From NCBI GenBank assembly GCA_040002995.1, contig JBDUDK010000075.1, positions 24,160-88,159 of the forward strand: DNA of 64,000 nucleotides, written 5' to 3'. The notes beneath the pieces are model-generated. The model made no database searches. It was given only the letters and a program-made list of their open reading frames with translations, and was not told the origin of the DNA. Positions 17,301 to 26,100 of this stretch are shown piece by piece (the stretch's first letter is position 1; every line of letters begins with the position of its first letter). This DNA is from Acidimicrobiales bacterium (GTDB taxonomy: Bacteria > Actinomycetota > Acidimicrobiia > Acidimicrobiales > Ilumatobacteraceae). Position numbers and translations under genes: made by a program.

Positions 17301-19128
17301 GGATGTGTCGGGGACCGCAAGTTTCAGTCTCACCAATACTGCGGGTACCGCCGTCTCCATGATCGCGGTGGCGGGCAACAACCAGAACGCGTCGGTCAAC
17401 ACCGCATTCGCCACCAGACCCCAGGCCCGACTCACCGACGCCTACGGCAACTCGGTGAGCGGCGTCACGGTCACCTTCACCGCTCCCACCAGCGGGGCCA
17501 GCGGCACGTTCGCCATCACCAACACCAACACCGCCACCGCCGTCACCAACGCCTCGGGCGTGGCCACCGCCCCCACGCTCACCGCCAACGCGCTAGCGGG
17601 CAGCTACACGATCACCGCCACCATCGCCAGCGCGATCACGTCGGTCAACTTCTCACTCACCAATACGCCCGGTATACCGACAACTCTCACGATCGTGGCG
17701 GGCACCCCTCAGACGGCGGCGATCAACACCGCCTATCCGACGCGCTTGCAGGTATCCGTCACTGACATCAACACGAACCCTGTTAGTGGCGTCACCGTCA
17801 CGTTCACGGCTCCGTCCGGTGGTAACAGCGGAACGTTCTCCTCGACACTCAACAACGTCGCCACCGCCGTGACCAACAGTTCCGGAGTGGCCATCGCGCC
17901 GATCTTCACCGCCAACACCACGGCCGGGTGGTACTCCGTCAACGCGTCCGTTGCGGATGTGTCGGGGACCGCAAGTTTCAGTCTCACCAATACTGCGGGT
18001 ACCGCCGTCTCCATGATCGCGGTGGCGGGCAACAACCAGAACGCGTCGGTCAACACCGCATTCGCCACCAGACCCCAGGCCCGACTCACCGACGCCTACG
18101 GCAACTCGGTGAGCGGCGTCACGGTCACCTTCACCGCTCCCACCAGCGGGGCCAGCGGCACGTTCGCCATCACCAACACCAACACCGCCACCGCCGTCAC
18201 CGATGCAAACGGTGTGGCGACCGCCAATACCTTCACGGCCAATAGCACTCCGGGGTCCTACGTCGTGACGGCCACCGCCCCCGGCACCATCGCGTCCGCC
18301 ACCTTCTCACTCACCAACATTGCGCCGCCCCCGCCACCGCCACCGCCCCCGCCACCGCCACCGACTCCGTCTCCGTCGGGCGGAACCTGGCTCGTCGCTT
18401 CCGACGGCGGCATCTTCTCGTTCGGAAACGCCGGCTTCTTCGGCTCCACCGGCGCGATGGTTCTCAACCGGCGGATCGTGGGCATGGCATCGACTCCTGA
18501 TCGAAACGGCTACTGGCTCGTCGCGTCCGACGGCGGCATCTTCGCGTTCGGAAACGCTGCCTTCTACGGCTCCACCGGCGCGATGGTTCTCAACCGGCCA
18601 ATCGTCGGCATGGCGGCCACCCCCGACGGACACGGCTACTGGCTCGTCGCGTCCGACGGCGGCATCTTCGCGTTCGGAAACGCGGCCTTCTACGGCTCCA
18701 CCGGCGCGATGGTTCTCAACCGGCCAATCGTCGGCATGGCGGCCACCCCCGACGGACACGGCTACTGGCTCGTCGCGTCCGACGGCGGCATCTTTGGCTT
18801 CGGAAACGCCGCCTTCCACGGCTCCACCGGTGACATCGTTCTCAACCGGCCCATCGTGGGCATGGCGTCAACGGCCACCGGAAACGGCTACTGGCTCGCG
18901 GCGTACGACGGCGGCATCTTCGCGTTCGGCGACGCTCCGTCGTTCGGTTCTGCCGTCGACGCGGCTGGCAATCGTCCTTTCGCGGGAATGGCCGCGACCG
19001 CCGACGGAAAGGGCTACTGGATCGTCGCGTCCGACGGTGGCATCTTCGCCTTCGGTAATGCCCCCGCCGTCGGCTCCACCAGTGCGATGGTGCTCAGCCG
19101 GCCCATCGTGGGCATGGCCGCGTCCTGA
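14314..19128 (+). CDS. Giant secreted repeat protein: signal peptide, about 12 Ig-like domains, Pro13 linker, six 42-aa repeats
   Basis: 1604-aa ORF with signal peptide MRGRTRAAVGLTVAACIVSTGVPAERAYA. Reiterated ~105-110-aa T/A/S/G-rich units carry ...D..G....GVTVTF.AP..GA.GTF... (bacterial Ig-like, Big_1-like look). PPPPPPPPPPPPP lies at nt 18325..18363. Six copies of GYWLVASDGGIFAFGNAAFYGSTGAMVLNRPIVGMAATPDGH follow. Confidence 0.85.
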   Translation: MRGRTRAAVGLTVAACIVSTGVPAERAYAVTPTMVASPVTTATTRLATTAGTAFPTMSVTLTNSAGTAAVGVTVVFSVPATGATGTFASTGTNVETQISDATGKATASTFTANGMSGNFTLTASAIVSGTSLTASFFLTNSGFTVATTSGSPQSAKTGIAFAALTATVAVDGNLVSGATVTFTAPASGASGTFATTGTNTATAVTSTLGVATAPTFTANGTTGSYIVTATASGAITSAAFALTNTPTGVPTMLPSPLTTATTRLATTAGTAYPTMSVLLTNSAGAPAVGVNVIFSAPATGATGTFAGTGTNVETQTSDASGRATASTFTANGSSGAFTLTASAVVSGTSLTASFFLTNTGYTVAMTSGSPQSVKTGTAFAALTATVAIDGNLVSGATVTFTAPASGASGTFVTTNTNTATAITNTLGVATAPTFTANGVTGAYTLTATTPSAITSGAFALTNTPTGVPTMSPTPLTTATTRLVTVAGTAFPTMSVLLTNSAGAPAVGVNVIFSVPATGATGTFASTGTNVETQTTDASGRATASTFTANGSSGAFTLTASAFVSGTSLTSSFFLTNTGYTVAMTSGSPQSVKTGTAFAAMTATVAIDGNLVSGATVTFTAPASGASGTFATTNTNTATAITNTVGVATAPTFTANGTTGSYTVTANTPSAITSGAFALTNTPTGVPTMSPTPLTTATTRLATVAGTAFPTMSVLLTNSAGSPAVGIPVTFAAPSTGATGTFAGTGTNVDTQTSDAVGRATASTFTANGNSGTFTLTASAVVSSTSLTASFFLTNTGYTVAVKEGTPQTVKVATAAAPLTATVAIDGNLVSGATVTFTAPASGASGTFATTNTNTATAVTNTSGVATAPIFTANGTTGAYTVTATAPSAITSAAYSLTNTAAGVPTAITIVAGSNQTSSVNTTYPTRLQVSVTDINAAPVSGVTVTFTAPSGGNSGTFSSTLNNVATAVTNSSGVAIAPIFTANTTAGWYSVNASVADVSGTASFSLTNTAGTAVSMIAVAGNNQNASVNTAFATRPQARLTDAYGNSVSGVTVTFTAPTSGASGTFAITNTNTATAVTNASGVATAPTLTANALAGSYTITATIASAITSVNFSLTNTPGIPTTLTIVAGTPQTAAINTAYPTRLQVSVTDINTNPVSGVTVTFTAPSGGNSGTFSSTLNNVATAVTNSSGVAIAPIFTANTTAGWYSVNASVADVSGTASFSLTNTAGTAVSMIAVAGNNQNASVNTAFATRPQARLTDAYGNSVSGVTVTFTAPTSGASGTFAITNTNTATAVTDANGVATANTFTANSTPGSYVVTATAPGTIASATFSLTNIAPPPPPPPPPPPPPTPSPSGGTWLVASDGGIFSFGNAGFFGSTGAMVLNRRIVGMASTPDRNGYWLVASDGGIFAFGNAAFYGSTGAMVLNRPIVGMAATPDGHGYWLVASDGGIFAFGNAAFYGSTGAMVLNRPIVGMAATPDGHGYWLVASDGGIFGFGNAAFHGSTGDIVLNRPIVGMASTATGNGYWLAAYDGGIFAFGDAPSFGSAVDAAGNRPFAGMAATADGKGYWIVASDGGIFAFGNAPAVGSTSAMVLSRPIVGMAAS
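17125..18201 (+). repeat. Tandem duplication, period 654 bp, with an apparently perfect 423-bp core (17125..17547 = 17779..18201)
   Basis: The sense protein is identical across both copies. The shadow ORFs in two other frames (17079..17435 vs 17733..18089; 17274.. vs 17928..) are also identical over most of their length, which requires nucleotide identity. Confidence 0.8.
18376..19125 (+). repeat. Six tandem 126-nt (42-aa) coding repeats; copies 2 and 3 differ by a single nucleotide
   Basis: Direct reading: ggctactggctcgtcgcgtccgacggcggcatcttcgcgttcggaaacgc(t/g)gccttctac... is reiterated. Confidence 0.85.
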
Positions 19129-19143
19129 CGTCTACAACACGGC

Positions 19144-19590
19144 TCAGTCAACGGTGAATTTGATGTACATCCCGTTCTTGTAGTGGTCGGCGAGGTTGCA
19201 AACCAGCTGATACCTGCCCGGAGCCATTTTCACCTTGAACGAAATGGTGTTGCCCACGGCCAAGTCGCCCGTCTCGCCGACGTTGACGGCATTGGCACCT
19301 TCCTCGTTGAATCGGCCGTTCGCCTCGATGGGGATCTTGCCTACCGGCAGATCGGTGCGGATCACGAGCAACTCGTGTCCAATCGTCCCCTTGTTGAGGA
19401 ATGTGAAGGTCACGTCGCCGGCCTTGATCGTCTGGTGGTCAGCCACGACCTTCCACTCGCGTTCAAATCCTGTAACCGTGTTAGGGCTAGTGGGGTAGCC
19501 GTCGACGGCGTCGCCGCTATCCGTGCCGCATCCCGCCGCCACCGCCAGCACGGCCAGCACGCTTGCTACACACTTCCACTTTGTGTTCAC
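19144..19590 (-). CDS. Cupredoxin-fold (type-1 copper-like) lipoprotein
   Basis: Lipobox LAVAAGCG after a K-rich n-region. The candidate copper ligand set is His in IGHELLV plus C-x4-H-x4-M in LVCNLADHYKNGM. The start is placed at GTG 19590, preceded by GGGAGA; the track ORF extends to TTG 19632. Confidence 0.7.
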   Translation of the reverse strand: MNTKWKCVASVLAVLAVAAGCGTDSGDAVDGYPTSPNTVTGFEREWKVVADHQTIKAGDVTFTFLNKGTIGHELLVIRTDLPVGKIPIEANGRFNEEGANAVNVGETGDLAVGNTISFKVKMAPGRYQLVCNLADHYKNGMYIKFTVD

Positions 19591-19950
19591 AGAACGATCG
19601 TCTCCCGTGCCCCATCTACGGGCTAGGGCCAAAGGTCACCTCACCCGGCCCGATCGGCGAGTGGTTGTGACACGCCCTGTCACGGGACCGCCGGCAGAGC
19701 CCAGTGGTCCTTTGCCGCTTATGAACTCTCCACCGCTCGTACGGAGAGGCGAGGACCCGACGGGGGCGCGAACCCCTCCCGACTCACGGCAAAAGGCACA
19801 GCGAAGCTGCCCTCCTTGGCACTCCAATGGCACACTTCGGCGGTATCCGGTGGTGAACAGCCGTCAGTACCGGCCAGTGCTGGACACACGTGCTATCAAC
19901 GCTTACCGACTATCCAACCTGCTCAACGGGCTCGTGAACCGATCGGCCTG

Positions 19951-20009
19951 CTAGGACACGAACCGGTCGCGCCCGACCCAGAACGGCGCGCGGAGATCCT
20001 TCTTCAGGA
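19951..20009. repeat. attL candidate: orphan copy of the last 19 codons plus stop of the acyl-CoA synthetase gene
   Basis: 19976..20009 is identical to 43436..43469 (34/34). Over 59 bp down to the stop codon, 50/59 match. It encodes ...LKKDLRAPFWVGRDRFVS* with no AMP-ligase body upstream. Confidence 0.7.
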
Positions 20010-20053
20010 CAGCTCCAAAGCTCCTCTGACCTTGTGGTTCGCGACCGCGCAGG

Positions 20054-20082
20054 TCTCGTTGACACTCCGTTGCCACTTTTCG
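20054..20082. repeat. Arm-type repeat, left (P' arm), between attL core and integrase
   Basis: tctcgttgacactccgttgccacttttcg matches 43270..43298 at 26 of 28 positions. It contains TGACACT / TGCCACT half-sites 11 bp apart. Confidence 0.55.
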
Positions 20083-20146
20083 TGGGCGCTGCACTTTGGA
20101 CTTCCGTGCCTCTGTATTCGGGTGTGGACACTCGGAGTGCACCGTG

Positions 20147-21604
20147 ATGCTCGATGCGTCGAGGGTGACGGTGCTCGGTGGCGGCAGGCGCAAGATCGCC
20201 ACCGCCGACCGGCGCGGCCAGTCGGTCGATCGCTACGAGGTGCGCTGGCGAGCACACCTTCGACCCGGCGGCCAACGCGACTATCGACGACGCTTCGATC
20301 GGGCGGCCGACGCCGACGAGTTCATCAGACGCCTCAAGGCCGTCGGGCTTGCGGGCAGTACCTGGGGGCTCGACGACGAGGGTCGCCCGGTCGACTGCAC
20401 GAAGCAGTCGCCCGCCACATCGAGCGCGAGTCAAGTGACCCTCTGGTCAGGACTCGTCGCCTATCGAGCAGCGACATGGCGAGGAGCATCGGGCAACGGG
20501 CGAAAGGCTGCAGCACTAACGCTGCGCGCGATGGCGAAGACGCTGAAGACGGGCGCACCTGCTATTCCGCCGGCGACGCTGGCCTATCTCGACCTCGTCG
20601 CGTTTCGACGCGAGACCGAACCGGACGACATGGAGCGCTCAATACCGGAGAAACTCGAACACGACGGCCGGATCTTCTGCGCGTCCGACATCGTCGGTGG
20701 CAGGGCCTTCCTCGATCGCTGGTCGCTTCCAATCCCCGATCTCGATCGTTCTCACGTTCGCCGGCTGATCGCTGAACTCGGGCATGGTCGTGCGGCGTCG
20801 ACCGAACGCCGACGTTGGACGCAGATGCGCGCGGTTCTTAGATGGTGGCGCGACGAGGGACTCATCACAAACGACGTCACATCACGCGTCGGCGTCATCC
20901 GCGGCACCAGCGTCCCCACGCTCGGCGACGACGAAGCCATCCCAGACGAACACGAGATGTGGTCCATGGCATGGGCCCTTTGCTTGACCGGGAAGCCACA
21001 GTACGGCGCCCTGCCGTTGGTCATGGGAGGGGGTGGCTTGCGTATCGGTGAGTGCTGCGAGCTCCGCCGTCGAGACTGCATCGACGATCCGAACGGTGGC
21101 ATGTGGCTCTCCGTTCGGGGAACGCTGGCGAAGCCCGGCCGATCGTGGACGGACTCCGGTGAAGGCACGGAGCGCCGAGGCACCAAGGCGAAGGGGCCGG
21201 ACGGCGACCTTCGCGGTCGACGCACGTACCTGCCGCCGTCGGAGGCCAGCATTCTTCGCACGCACCTCATGACCTTCACCGGACGCGCGGCAGACGCGTA
21301 CGTCTTCACGAGCATGACCGGCAAGCCGCTTGACGTCTCGCACTTGCAGGAGCGTGCGTGGAAGCACGCTCGGGAGCTGGCGTTCCCTGAACCCCATCGA
21401 CTCCACGGTGTCGGCCGCCACGCGTTCCGACATCTCGCCGCCACTCGGTGGCTTCGCGCCGGCGTACCACTGCGCACCGCTGCGAGATGGGGCGGCTGGA
21501 AGGACGTCGCCACCATGCTGCGCTGGTACGAGTCACGGCTCCCTGGCGACGACGAGTTCGCAGCGAATCGCATGTCCGTATCAACCGAATGGAGGACAAG
21601 GTGA
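20147..21604 (+). CDS. Tyrosine recombinase / phage-type integrase
   Basis: The catalytic residues are recognisable: R in GLRIGECCELRRRD, H-x-x-R in HAFRHLAAT, and Y in ATMLRWYES. The track ORF begins at 20096; the first ATG is at 20147. Confidence 0.85.
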   Translation: MLDASRVTVLGGGRRKIATADRRGQSVDRYEVRWRAHLRPGGQRDYRRRFDRAADADEFIRRLKAVGLAGSTWGLDDEGRPVDCTKQSPATSSASQVTLWSGLVAYRAATWRGASGNGRKAAALTLRAMAKTLKTGAPAIPPATLAYLDLVAFRRETEPDDMERSIPEKLEHDGRIFCASDIVGGRAFLDRWSLPIPDLDRSHVRRLIAELGHGRAASTERRRWTQMRAVLRWWRDEGLITNDVTSRVGVIRGTSVPTLGDDEAIPDEHEMWSMAWALCLTGKPQYGALPLVMGGGGLRIGECCELRRRDCIDDPNGGMWLSVRGTLAKPGRSWTDSGEGTERRGTKAKGPDGDLRGRRTYLPPSEASILRTHLMTFTGRAADAYVFTSMTGKPLDVSHLQERAWKHARELAFPEPHRLHGVGRHAFRHLAATRWLRAGVPLRTAARWGGWKDVATMLRWYESRLPGDDEFAANRMSVSTEWRTR

Positions 21605-22089
21605 GCACTCACCGCTACGTGCCCACGACGATGGACCCGGCCTCTTCCCCAAGGCCGGTTTCGAGCGCGCCGCCCACGGCGAAGTTGACGGCACTCACGC
21701 GTGGCTCGCGGGCGTACTGGATCGATGGTTCACTCACCACGGCGTCGAACTCCGGGTGCCACAGCCGAACATCGAACCCGTCGGCCTCGACATCGACCTA
21801 TGACGAATCCCGTCAGCAGCACCGAAACCCCGCCAAAGGCCAAGCCGATCAAGCGTCCCAGAAAGGCATCGAGGATGCCGTTCAACGCGTACGAACCGAG
21901 CGTTCTGGGACAACCGCTGCGAGCGCCGATCGCCGGATAGGACGCGGTTCTCTCAACTGCTGAACATTCAGTGCGCGCCAGTGAACACCGCGGGCTCGTC
22001 GCCCGCAGGACGCCCGATCCGGCGATCGGCGCCCCTTCCGCTCGAGTTACGCACAGCTGAGGCCGCGAGTTTGTTCTCCATGGTCAGGT

Positions 22090-22605
22090 TCAGCAACGGC
22101 TCGCCCCTGTGATGCTTCCGGAACCGGTGCTATCGGTGAGGTAGGTGGCTACGCCGTGTCCGTGTGCGGTCATGCCGGCGAGTTCACCGCTTCCTCCGTG
22201 GCCGATCACCGTGAAGGTGGAGGTGGCGTTTCCTAACGCGTTGATCGTCTCGTGGGTGCGCACGAGGAACGAGCCGGCCCCGCACCCGGCGACGAGTCCC
22301 GTGAACTCCTCGATGATGTCGAGGTGGTACGTCCCGCGCGGGTCCACGACGTAGCGGTAGGTGTAGGTAGAAGTCCCGTCCCAGTCGCCGGAGTACGTGG
22401 CGACGCCGAACGCCTCGCCGTGGCAAACCGCGGCAACGTTATGCGGCGCGCAGCGCAGCGACGTGAGGGTGTCCGGGCCGGATGTGTAGGTGGCGGAGAA
22501 CGGCGTAGAGGTCGAACTGGCGCCGGCGGGCAGCGCGCCGCCGATGATGAGGGTTGCTACGGCGGCGATGACGCCGAGGGCCCGAGCGGCTCTGGTCCGG
22601 TTCAT
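22090..22605 (-). CDS. Secreted hypothetical protein
   Basis: Signal peptide MNRTRAARALGVIAAVATLIIGGALPAGASS. The ATG at 22605 overlaps the upstream stop (ATGA). No family recognised. Confidence 0.5.
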   Translation of the reverse strand: MNRTRAARALGVIAAVATLIIGGALPAGASSTSTPFSATYTSGPDTLTSLRCAPHNVAAVCHGEAFGVATYSGDWDGTSTYTYRYVVDPRGTYHLDIIEEFTGLVAGCGAGSFLVRTHETINALGNATSTFTVIGHGGSGELAGMTAHGHGVATYLTDSTGSGSITGASRC

Positions 22606-23033
22606 GACGTGCCTGCCGTGTCCGGCACGAGTCCTAGCTGCTGCATCATTTCGAGGTTGTCCCACACCGTTGAGATGTCGGTGACTTTGCCGTCGACGAC
22701 GCGGTCTATTGAGATGAAGGTGATGATTACGGACTTCTCGGTCGGCGCGATCCCGAAGTAGTCACCTCGGTGCGTGCCGCGGTAGGTCCAGCGACTCGCC
22801 ACAAGGTCGCCGTCGGCGACAATGTCTTCCAGGGTGATGTGCTGATCCGGGAACCCGATGAGGTCAGCGGCGACGGATTCCTTGAACGCCGCCAAGCCGT
22901 GCACCTCGGGAGCACCTGACGCTCGGTATCGGACGTGGGCGGCGACCGCGTCGTCGGCGACGGAGAGGTTCTTGTGGTTGTGGAGTTCCTGGTAGATCCG
23001 TTGGACGAGATCCCGGTTGGCTTTGTTGGACAT
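22602..23033 (-). CDS. SnoaL-like / ester-cyclase family protein
   Basis: NRDLVQRIYQELHNHKNL...HGLAAFKE...DGDLVASRWTYRGTHRGDYFGIAPTEK fits the ester cyclase (NTF2-like) pattern. The ATG at 23033 is preceded by AGGAG. Confidence 0.65.
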   Translation of the reverse strand: MSNKANRDLVQRIYQELHNHKNLSVADDAVAAHVRYRASGAPEVHGLAAFKESVAADLIGFPDQHITLEDIVADGDLVASRWTYRGTHRGDYFGIAPTEKSVIITFISIDRVVDGKVTDISTVWDNLEMMQQLGLVPDTAGTS

Positions 23034-23105
23034 GGTTTGACTCCTCATGGTTGGCGCGAGGCCTGCACCCTGGGAGGCGTAACTCCAACTGTTACGGGCG
23101 TACGC

Positions 23106-26100
23106 CTATTGCGACTCTGTGAGTTGGGAACGAGGAACGATGCCCAGCACGGTTGCTGCGGTCTGCGCCGCGTCGCTTAGCGCCCGGGCGCGTGCGACGT
23201 CGCCCCGTCTCCCTCTTTGACGGAGCGCTGCGGCCAGCTCGAAGCGTGTCTGGGTGGCCCACGACACTGCGCCGATGAGCTCGTGGTGTTCGAGGGTTTC
23301 CTCGAGATGGCCCACGGCGACCTCGGTCGCCCCGAAGGTGGCGGCGAGCATGCCGAGGTGATGGGAGGTAGCCCCGTTGAAGGCTGCCAGTTCGGCGGTG
23401 CAGTCGAGGGCAGCAAAGGGCACTACTGATTCGTAGAGCCGTTCAGCCCGCTCGTCGTCGCTCAGGACCGAGCACGCCAGCGCCAGCATGGGGACCGCGG
23501 TTGACCAGAGCCCGTCGTCGGCGAGCGCGGCGAATCCAGCTTCGTCTGAGCGGGACAGCGCCTGCCGGGCGTCGTCCCACCGATGGACCCCCACCGCAGT
23601 CGCCGCCTCCCAGGCCGAACGCAAGCTGCTCCACCGGCCGTCCCCGCGCGGGGGTGGCAACATGGCCAACTCGTGGAATCGGCCTTGGACGAACCAACAC
23701 GCCCACAACAGGTCGCGTTGCAGGTCGGTTGGCACGGTGACGTCCCAGCCGGCGCGCCGGGCGGCGTCCTCCATGCTCGCGGCGAGCCGTAAGGCTTCGG
23801 AGTAGTCGCCGGTGACACAGGCGCGCCGCCCGGCGATGGCGATGCGGTAGATGTCGAAGAAGGGTCGGTGTAGTTCTCGAGCGAGGGCGGCGAAGCGATC
23901 CTCGGCGTCGCCAGCGGCGGCATGGTCTCCGAGGTGGAGCAGTGCGAACGCGCGGTACAGCAGGGCTAAAGCCTGGGTTTCGGGATCGCGAAGACCGACG
24001 GCAAGGTCGTAGAGCTCGGTGCTGAGAGTCACTTGCGCCGCGACGTCGAGGGGACCGGATCGGGTGTACAGGGCGGCCACCAGCGCGTCGGCAATCAAGG
24101 CCGGTGCGCCGGTCCCTCGGGCGACACCGAGCGCGTCGCGCTCGAGCGCGCGTCGTTCGTCCCTCGTTGAGACGAAGGCTCGCCAACGCGCGAGCGCGCA
24201 GAGAAGGGCGACGCGGGCGCGATCGTCGTCGCTGCCGATTGCCGCAAGAGCCTGCCGGATGAAACGTACCGGTTCGTCCACCTCCTCGGGTGTCGTCGCC
24301 ACCGACAGGCTCCCGAACGCCAGCGCAGCGCGGACGATGAGGTCCGTCGCGCCGCACTCCGCGGCGACGTCGGTCGCCTCGCGCACCGCGACCTTCCCGA
24401 CTTCAGGTCGCCCGCTGCGGATCTCTGCTCCGCCGACCGTCACGAGAATCTCGGCGCGCCGTCGGTCGTCCAGCGAGGAGCTCGAGTCGAGGACCGCGAG
24501 CGCCGCTCGCCCCCACCTCGAGGTCTCCTCGAACGCTCCGCGGTCGAACGCCTCCGTGGCGGTCGCGTAACACTCGTCGACGGTTTGGGCCGTATCGACG
24601 ACGGGCGCGGCGAGCAGCAGGTGATGCGCGATGGCGCGGTGGTCGTGCGGGAACAACTTCTGCAACGCGCCGCCGACGCGCGCATGGAGGCGGATGCGAC
24701 GGGCGGCTTCGATGCCTTCATAGACGCCAGCCTGCATGACCCCATGGACCCACCCGTAGCGATCGACCGCGTCCGGGAGCGGTGTGATGAGTCCGGCGGC
24801 GTTCGCGTTCTCGACGGCCTGCAACAACTCCTCCTCGTCGACCGAGGCGGCCCGCTGCAGGACGACCAGGTCGAACTCCGCCCCGGCCACGGACGCGACG
24901 GCGAGCACCTGGCCGGCCAGACCCGGGAGCCGACCGACTCGTTCCTCCACCGACTCGCGAATTCCCGCAGGCAGCCGGTGCAGCGCTGTCCCCCCGCCGT
25001 AGGAGATCTCCTTTACGAACAACGGATTGCCCGCGGTGGCCGCGTGGACCTCGTCGGCGCCGGCGGTGTCGGCGCCGTGCGCGAGGAGCAGCGCCTCGAC
25101 CTCGATGCGCCCCAGCCCCGCGAGTCGGCAGCGGGTGATGCCGGGCTCACGTCGGAGGCCGGCAAGCGCGCCCACCAACGGATCGCCGCGTCGGGTGTCG
25201 GTGTCGCGGTATACGGCAATGATCGTCAGCGCCCCCACGTCCTCGGCGCGGGCGAGGTATCGAAGCAGTTGCAGGCCCGGGCGATCAGCACAGTGGAGAT
25301 CGTCGAGTACGAGCACCACCGGACCCGCGGCCGTCGCGCCAGCTAGGACCGCCTCCACGGCGACGAACACCTGGTAGCGGTCGACATCACCACGCCCCGA
25401 CGCCAACGGCCACCAGCGTTGCAGACGTTGCTCGAAGCTTGGCCCCAGCCTCGCCAGCGGCACGACGTGTGGTCTCACGACGTCGCGGGGCAACCAATCG
25501 ACGAGCGGCCCGAGCGCCTGGGCGAAAGGGTCGTAGCCGAACGCCAACTCCCGATCGCAGCGGCCGTACAGGACCTGGGCTCCCTCCCGCTTAGCCACGA
25601 GCGAGACCTCGGCGGCCAAGCGGGTCTTGCCGATTCCCGGTTCGCCACTGACCAGAACCAGCTGGGCCCCTTCTAACTTCGACGCGCGCCACCGGTCGAG
25701 CAACAGCTGCGACTCCTGAGCGCGACCCACGAAGGGGGGCGGCAGGTCAGCCTCCGCCCGCAACCTCGGTGGGAACACCAGACCCACATCCCCAACGTTC
25801 CGAGGCGGTGCCTCGGTCTGCCACCGCACGGGAACCCGGGGGTCCGGACGATAGGCGCAGTACGTGCCCGTATGGATGGTGCCCTCGAGGTGAGCTCCCA
25901 GGGCGGGAAGCGCTGCGGCGACGCGACCGAGTGCCGACCGGATCGCACGCGTCGCCCGAACTCGGGCCCGCTCGCTGCCCGATGCCGCGAGTCGGTCGCG
26001 GCCGCCGAGCCCCACCGCCGCCGACAGCTGCTCGACGAGCGCATCGACCTCCGCTTGAGCACGGGCGGCTCGTTCGAGGTCGGCGAACGCCTCAGCCTCG

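Noticed and set aside
14265-18819. Series of minus-strand and off-frame ORFs (60-243 aa) inside the giant repeat gene
   Set aside because: They repeat with the same period as the sense repeats and translate to V/A/T/N or Arg-rich strings. They are frame shadows of the repeats.
19740-19790. T-arm-like GGGG-TTCGCGC-CCCC element (minus strand), a possible tRNA or tmRNA integration target beside the integrase
   Set aside because: I could not build a complementary acceptor stem, anticodon arm or CCA end within 70-95 nt on either side. The attachment site is explained by the fadD 3' end instead.
19816-21612. 319-aa (+, 19816..20775) and 286-aa (-, 20752..21612) ORFs around the integrase
   Set aside because: They are off-frame and antisense shadows of the integrase gene, and the first also crosses attL. 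Only the 20096/20147..21604 frame has the R...HxxR...Y recombinase residues.
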